From Clostridia bacterium (GTDB lineage Bacteria > Bacillota > Clostridia > Christensenellales > UBA1242): DNA of 64,000 nt. Under the pieces are notes generated by a model that was not told where the DNA came from, searched no databases, and saw nothing but the letters and a program-made list of their open reading frames with translations. The stretch spans positions 94,741 through 158,740 of the forward strand of contig JAZSJH010000006.1 of the NCBI GenBank assembly GCA_045534265.1, read 5' to 3'. The first letter of the stretch is position 1, and each line of letters begins with the position of its first letter. Below are positions 29,173 through 37,909 of this stretch, piece after piece. The translations under genes were made by a program, and so were the position numbers.

Positions 29173-30072
29173 ATGGGATTTTTTACTAAATTATTAAACG
29201 GACTTAAGAAAACTAAAGACAATTTCGTTAACAAACTAAATAGTTTGTTTGGTCTTGGTGAAATCAATGACGATTTTTATGATGAGCTTGAGTTTATATT
29301 AATAAGCTCAGATATCGGTGCAGAAACATCAGCTACAATTATCGAAAACCTAAAACAAGAGATCAAAAAACAAAAGATTTATAAGGCAGAAGAGGCAAAA
29401 AATGCCCTAAAGACTGTGCTTATTAATATTTTGGATAACGCCCCAAAATATGAGTGGGAATATCCACAAGTAATCTTGGTAGTTGGTGTAAATGGTGTTG
29501 GTAAAACAACTACTATCGGCAAGCTTTCTAATTATTTCAAAAAGAAAGGCAAATCTGTAACGCTTGTTGCGGGTGACACTTTTAGAGCGGCTGCTAGTGA
29601 GCAACTAAATGAGTGGGCAAAACGCAGTGATGTAAAAATTGTAAAACATACAGAAGGCGCTGATGCTGCAGCTGTTGTATATGATGGTATTGCTAGTGCA
29701 AAAGCCAAAAAGACAGATGTTTTGATTGTAGATACTGCTGGTAGACTTCATACCAAAGTAAACCTTATGGAAGAGCTTAAGAAAATTGGTAGAGTAATTG
29801 GCAGAGAATGGGAAGAAGCAAACGTTTGTAACCTTATTGTACTAGATGCAACAATCGGTCAAAACTCAATTTCTCAAGTTAACGCTTTCAAAGACGCTGT
29901 TGGTATAGATGGTATCGTTCTTACTAAACTTGATGGAACAAGTAAAGGCGGAGTAGTATTTTCTATTGTTCAAGAGCTTAATGTTCCAGTTTGCTTTATC
30001 GGTGTTGGCGAAGGAATTGACGATTTGGACGAGTTTAATAGTGAAGAGTTTGTTTCTGCTATTTTAGACTAA
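29173..30072 (+). CDS. ftsY: Signal recognition particle receptor FtsY (NG domains only)
   Basis: GVNGVGKTTTIGKL, DTAGRLH, TKLDGTSKGG motifs. Confidence 0.95.
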   Translation: MGFFTKLLNGLKKTKDNFVNKLNSLFGLGEINDDFYDELEFILISSDIGAETSATIIENLKQEIKKQKIYKAEEAKNALKTVLINILDNAPKYEWEYPQVILVVGVNGVGKTTTIGKLSNYFKKKGKSVTLVAGDTFRAAASEQLNEWAKRSDVKIVKHTEGADAAAVVYDGIASAKAKKTDVLIVDTAGRLHTKVNLMEELKKIGRVIGREWEEANVCNLIVLDATIGQNSISQVNAFKDAVGIDGIVLTKLDGTSKGGVVFSIVQELNVPVCFIGVGEGIDDLDEFNSEEFVSAILD

Positions 30073-30101
30073 TTTTTTAAGCAAAAAATCAAAATTTATG
30101 C

Positions 30102-30130
30102 TTGACAAAATATATATATAGGTATATACT
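30102..30130 (+). promoter_or_regulatory. Sigma-A promoter for ylxM-ffh
   Basis: TTGACA, 17 nt, TATACT. The track ORF start at 30102 is the TTG of this -35 box. Confidence 0.65.
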
Positions 30131-30164
30131 ATGTAAAGTAAGTTTACTTTACAAGGAGCAAGTT

Positions 30165-30494
30165 ATGAATATTACTCAACAATTTAATAGTAGTATGTTG
30201 TTTGAGTTTTATGGTAATTTGCTTACCGACAAACAAAAAAATATGCTTACTGACTTTTTGGACAACAATTTATCTTTGACCGAAATTGCCGAAAGTTATG
30301 GGGTTACTAGACAGGCTGCTAATGACCTTATAAAAAGAACTTTGAAAGTGCTAGAAAATTATGAAGATAAACTAGGGCTTTTGAGAAGATTTAACGCAAT
30401 AAAGGAAAAAGTAAATATCACTATTGACTGCATAGAAAATAGTGACACCCAAAAAGCCAAAGCTAACTTAAATAGTATTTTGGAGGATTTTTGA
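30165..30494 (+). CDS. ylxM: YlxM/UPF0122 helix-turn-helix protein
   Basis: LFEFYGNLLTDKQ...SL.EIAE..GV(T/S)RQA pattern. Located upstream of, and overlapping, ffh (TGATG). ATG 30165 lies behind AAGGAG. Confidence 0.85.
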   Translation: MNITQQFNSSMLFEFYGNLLTDKQKNMLTDFLDNNLSLTEIAESYGVTRQAANDLIKRTLKVLENYEDKLGLLRRFNAIKEKVNITIDCIENSDTQKAKANLNSILEDF

Positions 30495-31816
30495 TGGGAC
30501 TTTTTGAAGGGCTATCTACTAGACTTAACCATATCTTTAGTAAACTTACCAAAAGAGGTCGTCTAACTGAGCTAGAAATCAAAGAAGCTATGAGAGAAGT
30601 TCGTGTTGCACTTCTTGAGGCAGACGTAAACTTTATGGTAGCAAAAAAGTTTGTAGCTAGTGTTAGCGAAAAAGCTATTGGTCAAAATATTCTAGAAAGC
30701 TTGACTCCAGGTCAACAAGTAATCAAGATTGTTAACGAAGAATTAACAGCGCTTATGGGTAGCAGTAATTCAAAACTACTAGTAAGTTCTAATCTTCCTA
30801 CAGTTATTATGATGTGTGGACTTCAAGGTGCAGGTAAAACTACTATGTGTGGTAAACTTGCTATGCACCTAAAATCTCAAGGCAAAAAGCCATTACTTGT
30901 AGCGGGAGACATATACAGACCTGCAGCGATTTCACAACTTCAAGTTGTAGGAAAGACTGCAAATGTAGAAGTTTTTGAAAAGGGAACTCAAAGCCCTGTA
31001 AAGACTGCAAAACAAGCTATAGAATATGCAAACAAAATGATGTATGACACAGTTATTATCGATACTGCAGGTCGTCTTTCTATCAATGAAGAATTGATGA
31101 ACGAACTAAAGGAAATCAAAAAAGCTGTAAATCCTACTGAGATTTTGCTAACAGTTGACTCTATGCTTGGTCAAGAGAGCGTAGGTGTTGCAGAAAAATT
31201 TAATAGTGACTTAGATATTACTGGCGTAATACTTACGAAATTAGATGGCGACACTAGAGGCGGTGCGGCACTTTCTATTAGAGAAGTAACCGGCAAACCT
31301 ATCAAATTCTGCGGTGTAGGCGAAAAGATTGGTGATTTGGAGCCATTCTATCCAGATCGTATGGCATCAAGAATACTTGGTATGGGTGATGTTTTGACAC
31401 TTATCGAAAAAGCCCAAACTGCAGTAGATGAAAAACAAGCAAAAGAACTAGAAAAGAAGTTCAAAGAAAACAGCTTCAACTTTGAAGACTATTTGGTACA
31501 AATGGAAAATATGAGCAAAATGGGAGATATCAACGACCTTATTGCTATGATACCGGGAGCAGCAAATAAGCTGAAAGGTATGAAGGTAGACGAAAGAGAA
31601 CTTATCAAAAACAAAGCAATCGTACAAAGTATGACCAAAAAGGAAAGAAGAAATCCTGACCTTATCAAAGCTTCCCAAAAGAGAAGAATTGCTCAAGGTA
31701 GCGGTACTCAAATACAAGATGTAAATAGATTGCTAAAACAATTTGAACAAAGCAAAGAACTTATGAAGCAGCTAAACGGTAAACGCAAAGGCGGTATGTT
31801 CAAAGGCTTGTTCTAA
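30491..31816 (+). CDS. ffh: Signal recognition particle protein Ffh
   Basis: GLQGAGKTT, DTAGRL, TKLDGDTRGGAALS motifs and a Met-rich M domain. Confidence 0.97.
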   Translation: MMGLFEGLSTRLNHIFSKLTKRGRLTELEIKEAMREVRVALLEADVNFMVAKKFVASVSEKAIGQNILESLTPGQQVIKIVNEELTALMGSSNSKLLVSSNLPTVIMMCGLQGAGKTTMCGKLAMHLKSQGKKPLLVAGDIYRPAAISQLQVVGKTANVEVFEKGTQSPVKTAKQAIEYANKMMYDTVIIDTAGRLSINEELMNELKEIKKAVNPTEILLTVDSMLGQESVGVAEKFNSDLDITGVILTKLDGDTRGGAALSIREVTGKPIKFCGVGEKIGDLEPFYPDRMASRILGMGDVLTLIEKAQTAVDEKQAKELEKKFKENSFNFEDYLVQMENMSKMGDINDLIAMIPGAANKLKGMKVDERELIKNKAIVQSMTKKERRNPDLIKASQKRRIAQGSGTQIQDVNRLLKQFEQSKELMKQLNGKRKGGMFKGLF

Positions 31817-31881
31817 ACAACTTACTTTGTTACTAACTAATAAATTAGTAAAATATATAAAAACATAAAGGAGAAATACAA

Positions 31882-32181
31882 ATGGCAGTTAAAATTAGAC
31901 TAACAAGAATGGGAGATAAAAAATCTCCATTTTATAGAGTAGTTGTTGCTGATTCTAGAACAGCTAGAGATGGCAAAGTTATCGATACTCTTGGATTTTT
32001 CAACCCACTAAACGAAGAAATCAAAATCGACAACGAAAAAGCAACAAAATGGATTGCTAACGGTGCTCAACCAACTGAAACTGCAAGAACTATTCTTGTA
32101 AAGAGCGGTGCTGTTAAAGACCCAAAACCATACACTTCTAAAAAAGTTACTGCTCCTAAAAAAGAATCTAAAAACGCTTAA
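31882..32181 (+). CDS. rpsP: 30S ribosomal protein S16
   Basis: [26 protein letters not shown] start. Confidence 0.97.
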   Translation: MAVKIRLTRMGDKKSPFYRVVVADSRTARDGKVIDTLGFFNPLNEEIKIDNEKATKWIANGAQPTETARTILVKSGAVKDPKPYTSKKVTAPKKESKNA

Positions 32182-32200
32182 TAGATAGGAGTAAGGGAAT

Positions 32201-32431
32201 ATGGAAAATTTTGTTAAAGTAATTATCGAAAATTTGGTAGATAACAAAGACCAAGTGCAGGTTTCAACAGAACTAGACGGCAAGACTATCATTATCAATG
32301 TAAAAGTAGCCGAAAGTGATGCTGGTAAAGTTATTGGCAAAAACGGAAAAGTTGTTCAAAGCATCAGAACAATCGTTCGTTCTGTTTCTGCAAAAACTAA
32401 GAAAAGATATGTTGTAAAAGTAGTATCTTAA
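32201..32431 (+). CDS. khpA: KH-domain RNA-binding protein (KhpA/YlqC)
   Basis: GKVIGKNGKVVQSIRTIV KH GxxG motif. Conserved position after rpsP. Confidence 0.85.
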   Translation: MENFVKVIIENLVDNKDQVQVSTELDGKTIIINVKVAESDAGKVIGKNGKVVQSIRTIVRSVSAKTKKRYVVKVVS

Positions 32432-32440
32432 TATTTTTAG

Positions 32441-32467
32441 CCACTAAACATTGTTTAGTGGTTTTTT
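32441..32467 (+). terminator. Intrinsic terminator after khpA
   Basis: Stem CCACTAAA/TTTAGTGG with a 5-nt loop, then T6. Confidence 0.75.
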
Positions 32468-32559
32468 ATTTGTAGATATTTTACAATTGTCAAAAGGAAA
32501 TTTACTTACATAGTTTATTTTTTTATATTTTTGTGTTAATATGTCTTTAGGAGAAAAAT

Positions 32560-33057
32560 ATGGATTTATTAAAGATTGCAAAAGTTCTAAAGCCACAAGG
32601 CATAAAAGGTGAGATGAAACTAGAGCCTATTATCAAAGATATGGATTTTTTCAAAACTCTTAAATATGTGATTATAAATGGCAAAACTTATAATATAAAA
32701 TCAGCAACCTCAAGACAAGGCTTTGCTTATATTATGGTAGAGGGCATTGTCGAGCCAAATGGCGTAGAGGCTTTGCGTAACAAAATTGTTGAGATAAAAA
32801 GAGAAGATGGGCCAGTACTTGCCGAGCAAGAATTTTTTATCGAAGATATGATAGGTGTAAAAGTTTTTGACGAAAACGGCGTTGAGTATGGCGAAATTAC
32901 TGATATCGCACAATACGGCGCTGCTGATGTTTATACTATGGTAGGAAGAAGAGGAGTACATACTTTTCCTTTTGTAAAAGATATGGTTATATCTGCAGAT
33001 ATGTCAGCAAAAACTATGGTAGTTAAAGCCGAAAGACTAAAAGAGGTTATGATATGA
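32560..33057 (+). CDS. rimM: Ribosome maturation factor RimM
   Basis: KPQGIKGEMKL N-terminal beta-barrel motif and a PRC barrel C-terminus. Located upstream of trmD. Confidence 0.9.
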   Translation: MDLLKIAKVLKPQGIKGEMKLEPIIKDMDFFKTLKYVIINGKTYNIKSATSRQGFAYIMVEGIVEPNGVEALRNKIVEIKREDGPVLAEQEFFIEDMIGVKVFDENGVEYGEITDIAQYGAADVYTMVGRRGVHTFPFVKDMVISADMSAKTMVVKAERLKEVMI

Positions 33058-33728
33058 GAATAGATATTTTGACTCTATTTCCTGAAATGTTTGAAAATCT
33101 AAAAATGAGCATTTTGGGTAAAGCTCAAGAAAAAAACTTAATAACTGTAAATCTAGTTAATATAAGAGATTTTTCTAAAGACAAACACAAAAAGTGTGAT
33201 GATTACCCATTTGGTGGTGGAGCGGGTATGCTTATGACTCCACAACCACTTTATGACGCAATTATGTCTGTTAAAACTGAAGAATCTTATGTAATATATA
33301 TGTCTCCAAGAGGCAATGTTTTGACTGGTAAAAAGGTTATAAACTACGCAAAAACTTATAAACATCTTATTGTTGTTTGCGGTCATTATGAAGGTATAGA
33401 CCAAAGAGTTATTGACCTTTGTATAGACGAAGAAGTGTCAATCGGCGACTATGTTTTGACAGGGGGAGAACTACCTGCTATGGTGCTAGTCGACTCTGTT
33501 TCAAGATATGTTGACGGGGTTTTATCTGAAGGTTCTACGGACGAAGAGAGCTTTTCCAATAATTTACTCGAATATCCACAATATACCCGTCCTGCCGAAT
33601 TTATGGGGCTTAAAGTGCCTGATGTGCTTGTATCTGGCAATCACGAAAAGGTAAGAGAGTGGAGATACGAGCAAAGTGTCAAAATTACAAAAGAGCGTAG
33701 ACCAGATTTATTAAAAAAGGAAGATTAA
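33054..33728 (+). CDS. trmD: tRNA (guanine37-N1)-methyltransferase
   Basis: MRIDILTLFPEMF start, GHYEGIDQRV, SIGDYVLTGGE motifs. Confidence 0.97.
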   Translation: MRIDILTLFPEMFENLKMSILGKAQEKNLITVNLVNIRDFSKDKHKKCDDYPFGGGAGMLMTPQPLYDAIMSVKTEESYVIYMSPRGNVLTGKKVINYAKTYKHLIVVCGHYEGIDQRVIDLCIDEEVSIGDYVLTGGELPAMVLVDSVSRYVDGVLSEGSTDEESFSNNLLEYPQYTRPAEFMGLKVPDVLVSGNHEKVREWRYEQSVKITKERRPDLLKKED

Positions 33729-33729
33729 A

Positions 33730-34575
33730 ATGACTATACAATGGTTTCCGGGTCATATGACTAAGACCTTTAGACTTATAGAACAAGATATAAAAGTTGT
33801 AGATGTGATTATTTATGTTTTGGATAGTAGAGCACCTTATTCTACAGTAAACCCAAAACTATCTAGTATGTCACAAAACAAACCTATTATATATGTACTA
33901 AACAAAGCAGACCTTGTAGATGAGCAAGAGCTAAACAAATGGATTTCTCACTTTACAACAAATAATTCAACTGCTATAGCACTTGATAGTACAACATCAA
34001 ATTCAACCAGAGTTCTTGTTCCGATAATAAGAAAACTTTTGGAAGAAAAGATAGAAAAAGCAAAAGCAAAAAATATAAACAAGATAATAAGAACTATGGT
34101 TGTAGGTGTGCCAAATACAGGTAAGTCAACTTTAGTTAATAACCTATGTGGTAAAGCAAGAACAAAAACCGGCAATAAGCCAGGTGTTACTCGTGGCAAA
34201 CAATGGGTTACTATAGATAATGGTATTGAAGTTCTTGATATGCCGGGTACTTTGTGGCCTAGTTTTGACGATAAAATTGTAGCCCAGCATTTGGCTTATT
34301 TGGGCTCAATTAAAGATGATGTTTTAGATATCGAAAACCTTGCTTTTGACTTTATAAATGAATTTAAGGGCGGCAAAAATGATATTTTTGAGCAAAGATA
34401 TGGAGTTGAAACTGAAGGTAAAGAAACTATCGAAATATTTGATGAAATATGCCTTGCAAAGAAATGCGTTTTGAAAGGAAACGAGCCTGATTATGAAAGA
34501 TGCGCTCGTATGATAATTGATGACTTTAGAAAGGGTAGATTTGGAAAAATCATTTTAGATAAGTATGCAAAATAA
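33730..34575 (+). CDS. rbgA: Ribosome biogenesis GTPase A (YlqF)
   Basis: IQWFPGHM start. Circularly permuted GTPase order NKADL ... GVPNTGKST. Confidence 0.9.
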   Translation: MTIQWFPGHMTKTFRLIEQDIKVVDVIIYVLDSRAPYSTVNPKLSSMSQNKPIIYVLNKADLVDEQELNKWISHFTTNNSTAIALDSTTSNSTRVLVPIIRKLLEEKIEKAKAKNINKIIRTMVVGVPNTGKSTLVNNLCGKARTKTGNKPGVTRGKQWVTIDNGIEVLDMPGTLWPSFDDKIVAQHLAYLGSIKDDVLDIENLAFDFINEFKGGKNDIFEQRYGVETEGKETIEIFDEICLAKKCVLKGNEPDYERCARMIIDDFRKGRFGKIILDKYAK

Positions 34576-35176
34576 TATGTTTGAGTATGAAAATCAATAC
34601 AAAAATTTAGGCTTAGTTGCGGGACTTGATGAAGCGGGCAGAGGGCCTCTTGCAGGACCTGTAGTTGTTGCTGTTGTTATTATGCCACTTGAGGAAGACA
34701 AGATAATAGATGGCATAAATGATAGTAAAAAACTAACTCCAAAAAAGAGAGAAGCCTTGTTTGAAAAAATAATAAACACCGCTATTGCTTACTCAATAGT
34801 AGAGGTTGATGAAACAACTATTGATGAGATAAATATTTTGGCTGCAACTAAATTAGGGGCAAAACAAGGGGTAAAAAACCTAAAAATTAAGCCAAAGGTG
34901 GTTTTGACTGATGCTCTTAACTTTGAGTGTGACATTCCGCTAGAGAGTATAATTAAGGGCGATAGCAAAAGTTACAACATAGCTGCAGCTAGTATTTTGG
35001 CTAAGGTGCATAGAGATAATCTTATGTGCAAGGTAGACTCTGTTTTTCCAGAATACAAATTTGCCAAGCACAAAGGCTATGGCACAAAAGAGCATATTGA
35101 AGCTTTGAAAAAATACGGTCCAAGCCCTATTCATAGAAGAAGTTTTATTGGTCACTTTGTAGAGGTTGACAAGTGA
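34565..35176 (+). CDS. rnhB: Ribonuclease HII
   Basis: GLDEAGRGPLAGPVV catalytic motif and DSKKLTPKKRE. Confidence 0.95.
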   Translation: MQNNMFEYENQYKNLGLVAGLDEAGRGPLAGPVVVAVVIMPLEEDKIIDGINDSKKLTPKKREALFEKIINTAIAYSIVEVDETTIDEINILAATKLGAKQGVKNLKIKPKVVLTDALNFECDIPLESIIKGDSKSYNIAAASILAKVHRDNLMCKVDSVFPEYKFAKHKGYGTKEHIEALKKYGPSPIHRRSFIGHFVEVDK

Positions 35177-35511
35177 TAAATAAAAGAGTTGGAAATATTG
35201 GCGAAGCGGAGACTGTTGCCTTTTTGAAAGGTAAAGGTTATAAGATTGTAGAGCTTAACTATACAAACAAAATTGGTGAAATTGATATTATTGCAAAAGA
35301 TAAGCAAACTTTGGTTTTTGTAGAAGTAAAGTCAAGGTCTGGTGATAAGTTTGGTTTGGGGCGAGAAGCTGTTGACTTTCGCAAGCAACAAAAAATTAGA
35401 CTCGTAGCTCAAGGTTATATCAAATACAAAAAGCTATTTGATGTAAGTTGCAGGTTTGATGTGGTTGAGATTATGGGGGATAAAATTACTCACATAGAAA
35501 ATGCCTTTTAG
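35173..35511 (+). CDS. yraN: YraN family endonuclease (UPF0102)
   Basis: GE..A..FLK.KGYKI...N...K.GEIDIIA......VFVEVKSR pattern. GTG start overlapping the rnhB stop. Confidence 0.85.
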   Translation: MINKRVGNIGEAETVAFLKGKGYKIVELNYTNKIGEIDIIAKDKQTLVFVEVKSRSGDKFGLGREAVDFRKQQKIRLVAQGYIKYKKLFDVSCRFDVVEIMGDKITHIENAF

Positions 35512-35513
35512 AC

Positions 35514-35542
35514 TTGACAATAAAAAATTGATTTGTTATTAT
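35514..35542 (+). promoter_or_regulatory. Sigma-A promoter of the tyrS leader
   Basis: TTGACA, 17 nt, TATTAT. Confidence 0.65.
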
Positions 35543-35549
35543 AGTGACA

Positions 35550-35766
35550 TCTTAATATTTGCGTTTGATGTGCAAACCAGTAGTTTTATATCTGGCAATT
35601 AGAGAAAAGCCGTTTGGTGCAAGGCTTTCAGGGGTATAAAATGAATTACATTGCTCGTAGCAAACATGCCTAAGGAAGATGGCAAAAGAGGTAATCGCAG
35701 AGATTATAAAATTAGGTGGTACCACGAAATATTTCGTCCTATGTAAGTTTTTACATAGGATTTTTT
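35550..35766 (+). promoter_or_regulatory. T-box riboswitch leader (tyrosine specifier) with terminator
   Basis: AGAGA box (TTAGAGAAAAG), distal-loop GGTGCAA, and UAC followed by A at 35647-35650 in the expected specifier position. T-box sequence AATTAGGTGGTACCACG at 35710-35726. Terminator stem TCCTATGTAA/TTACATAGGA followed by T6 (35738-35766). Confidence 0.85.
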
Positions 35767-35779
35767 ATTGGAGGAAATT

Positions 35780-37033
35780 ATGAAAAAAGTAGACACAAAT
35801 TTATTTAATGAACTAAAGGAAAGAGGACTTTTGTACCAATGTACAGATGAAGAAGCTTTGAAAAAGGCTTTAGAGTCTGGCACTCCTATCACATTATACG
35901 AAGGAACTGACCCTACTGCAGATAGTTTGCATATTGGTCACTGTGTTCCTTACTGCATTTTAAGAAGATTCCAAAAAGCAGGTCACAAAGTACTTCTTCT
36001 TATGGGCGGAGCTACTGCTTGTGTAGGTGATCCTAGCGGAAGAACTGAACTTCGTAAAATGATGACAAAAGAGCAAATCGCAGCAAATATCGAAAAAATC
36101 AAAAACACTCTAAAAGTATTTCTTGATTTTGATGGCGAAAACCCAGCAATTATCGTAAACAATGCTGACTGGTTCAAAGGCTATGACTACATTGATTTTA
36201 TGAGAGAAATCGGCGTTCATTTTAATGTAAACAAGATGCTTTCTAACGAAATCTATGCAAGTCGTATCGAAGAGGGCGGCCTTACATTTTTTGAAATGGG
36301 TTATATGCTTATGCAAGCGTATGACTTTATCCACCTAAATCGTGAATATGGTTGCACACTTCAATATGGTGGTGGTGACCAATGGGGTAATATTGTTGCT
36401 GGTGTAGAGCTTCAAAGAAAACTAAACTTTGCAAATGGCACAGATGTATCTTTGATTGGTGCAACAAACCCATTACTTCTAACACCAGAAGGTAAGAAAA
36501 TGGGTAAAACTGAAAAAGGCGCTATTTGGATTGATAAAGACAAAATCTCAGCATATGACTTTTACCAAGGTGTATACCAAACTCCAGACGCTTGTGTTGA
36601 AATGATGTTTGCACTATTTACTGATGTTCCAATGGACGAAGTAAGAAGACTTGTAAAAGAAGATATTGTTAATGCAAAGAAAGTATTAAGCTACGAAGTT
36701 ACACGCTTTGTAAGGGGCGAAGAAGACGCCAAAAAGGCTCAAGAAGCAACTTCTGCATTGTTTGGTGGCGGTGTAGATATGTCTAACGTTCCTACTGTAA
36801 AAATCGACAAAGCAATTTTTAATAACACTGTTACAGCTGTTGATTTTGTAACTACAATTACAGGATTTGTTGGTGGAAAGTCAGAAGCAAGAAGACTTAT
36901 TGACCAAGGCGGAATTACAATCGGCGATAAAAAACCAGCAAACTTTGCCGAACCCGTTACACTTGATGTGTTTACTGATGGTTATGTTATCCTTAAAAAA
37001 GGCAAAAAGAACTTCCTTAAAGTTGAAATCTAA
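35780..37033 (+). CDS. tyrS: Tyrosine--tRNA ligase
   Basis: Class I HIGH (LHIGH) and KMGKT (KMSKS) motifs, C-terminal S4-like domain. ATG 35780 lies behind GGAGG. Confidence 0.97.
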   Translation: MKKVDTNLFNELKERGLLYQCTDEEALKKALESGTPITLYEGTDPTADSLHIGHCVPYCILRRFQKAGHKVLLLMGGATACVGDPSGRTELRKMMTKEQIAANIEKIKNTLKVFLDFDGENPAIIVNNADWFKGYDYIDFMREIGVHFNVNKMLSNEIYASRIEEGGLTFFEMGYMLMQAYDFIHLNREYGCTLQYGGGDQWGNIVAGVELQRKLNFANGTDVSLIGATNPLLLTPEGKKMGKTEKGAIWIDKDKISAYDFYQGVYQTPDACVEMMFALFTDVPMDEVRRLVKEDIVNAKKVLSYEVTRFVRGEEDAKKAQEATSALFGGGVDMSNVPTVKIDKAIFNNTVTAVDFVTTITGFVGGKSEARRLIDQGGITIGDKKPANFAEPVTLDVFTDGYVILKKGKKNFLKVEI

Positions 37034-37045
37034 TAAAAAATATAA

Positions 37046-37076
37046 AAAGAAGGCAAAAAATCTACCTTCTTTTTTG
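37046..37076 (+). terminator. Intrinsic terminator after tyrS
   Basis: Stem AGAAGG/CCTTCT with an 11-nt loop, then T5. Confidence 0.65.
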
Positions 37077-37198
37077 TTTGTATAAAAATTTACTATATTT
37101 TGATTTTCCGCTTAAATTTTGTTATTTTTTGTCAAAAAATGTTAAAAATTGCACAAAATAATTTATACAAAATATTCTTAAAATTTTTGAAAAAGTAC

Positions 37199-37227
37199 TT
37201 GCAATTTATATATATATCGTGTATAAT
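37199..37227 (+). promoter_or_regulatory. Sigma-A promoter for rplS
   Basis: TTGCAA, 17 nt, TATAAT. Leaves an about 80-nt 5' UTR. Confidence 0.6.
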
Positions 37228-37312
37228 AATTTTCGACTTCGGATGGTCCTCTGCCATTTTGTATGATTTGTAGGCATGAACATTTAGTTTAGATAGGGAG
37301 GTATAAGTCACA

Positions 37313-37654
37313 ATGAATCTTATCGATATCATCGAAAAAGAGAATCTTAAGGCTAATGTTCCAGAATTTGGAATCGGCGATACTGTAAAAGTATATGTTA
37401 AGATTATCGAAGGTAACAAAGAAAGAATCCAAGTATTCGAAGGCGTTGTTATCGCTAGAAAGAACGGTAGTGTAAGAGAATCTTTCACTGTTAGACGTCT
37501 TTCATTTGGTGTTGGCGTAGAGAGAACTTTCCCAATCCACAGCCCAAAAATTGACAAAATTGAGGTTGTTAAGAAAGGTAAAGTTAGAAGAGCTAAATTG
37601 TTCTACCTAAGAGAAAGAACAGGTAACGCTGCCAAGATTAAAGAACAAAGATAA
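37313..37654 (+). CDS. rplS: 50S ribosomal protein L19
   Basis: [32 protein letters not shown] and RRAKLYYLR-like C-terminus. Confidence 0.97.
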   Translation: MNLIDIIEKENLKANVPEFGIGDTVKVYVKIIEGNKERIQVFEGVVIARKNGSVRESFTVRRLSFGVGVERTFPIHSPKIDKIEVVKKGKVRRAKLFYLRERTGNAAKIKEQR

Positions 37655-37663
37655 CAAATTAAA

Positions 37664-37697
37664 CAACTCTAGGAATTTCCTAGGGTTGTTTTTTTTG
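37664..37697 (+). terminator. Intrinsic terminator after rplS
   Basis: 10-bp stem CAACTCTAGG/CCTAGGGTTG (one G-U pair), 5-nt loop, T8. Confidence 0.8.
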
Positions 37698-37909
37698 TAT
37701 AAAAATGTTGTTTGATAATGATATTATTTTATTAAATAAACCTTTTTAATGGTTTGTTATTTCTTGTTTTGATGTTTATAAATAGAAATAATTTGAATAG
37801 AAAAAACATTAGTTTTGTTTACATATATAATATATGCAAAAAATTTTGGCTATTTTGTTTGTTTTATTTTTTTAATTGCTATACAATAAACATATTGGAA
37901 GGAGGCAAA

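Noticed and set aside
30488-30496. Possibility of an alternative genetic code (UGA = Trp) in this reduced, AT-rich genome
   Set aside because: TGA terminates ylxM at the TGATG overlap with ffh, and also other well-delimited genes such as rbfA (62160-62162). Trp in conserved motifs is encoded by TGG. All conserved proteins have normal lengths under the standard code.
37132-37557. 141-aa minus-strand ORF overlapping the rplS promoter, leader and coding region
   Set aside because: Most of it is antisense to L19, and the remainder is AT-rich promoter sequence. No supporting signals.
37754-37909. N-terminal extensions offered by the ORF track (comM 37754; likewise ylxM 30102, frr 51792, tsf 51009, trmFO 42775, nifS 47191, GNAT 14394, Zn-ribbon 15155, DUF4364 16854, SBP 11255)
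   Set aside because: The extensions translate AT-rich intergenic DNA, several of them containing the promoter hexamers themselves. They lack an SD, whereas an internal ATG/TTG with a good GGAGG-type SD matches the usual N-terminus of the family.
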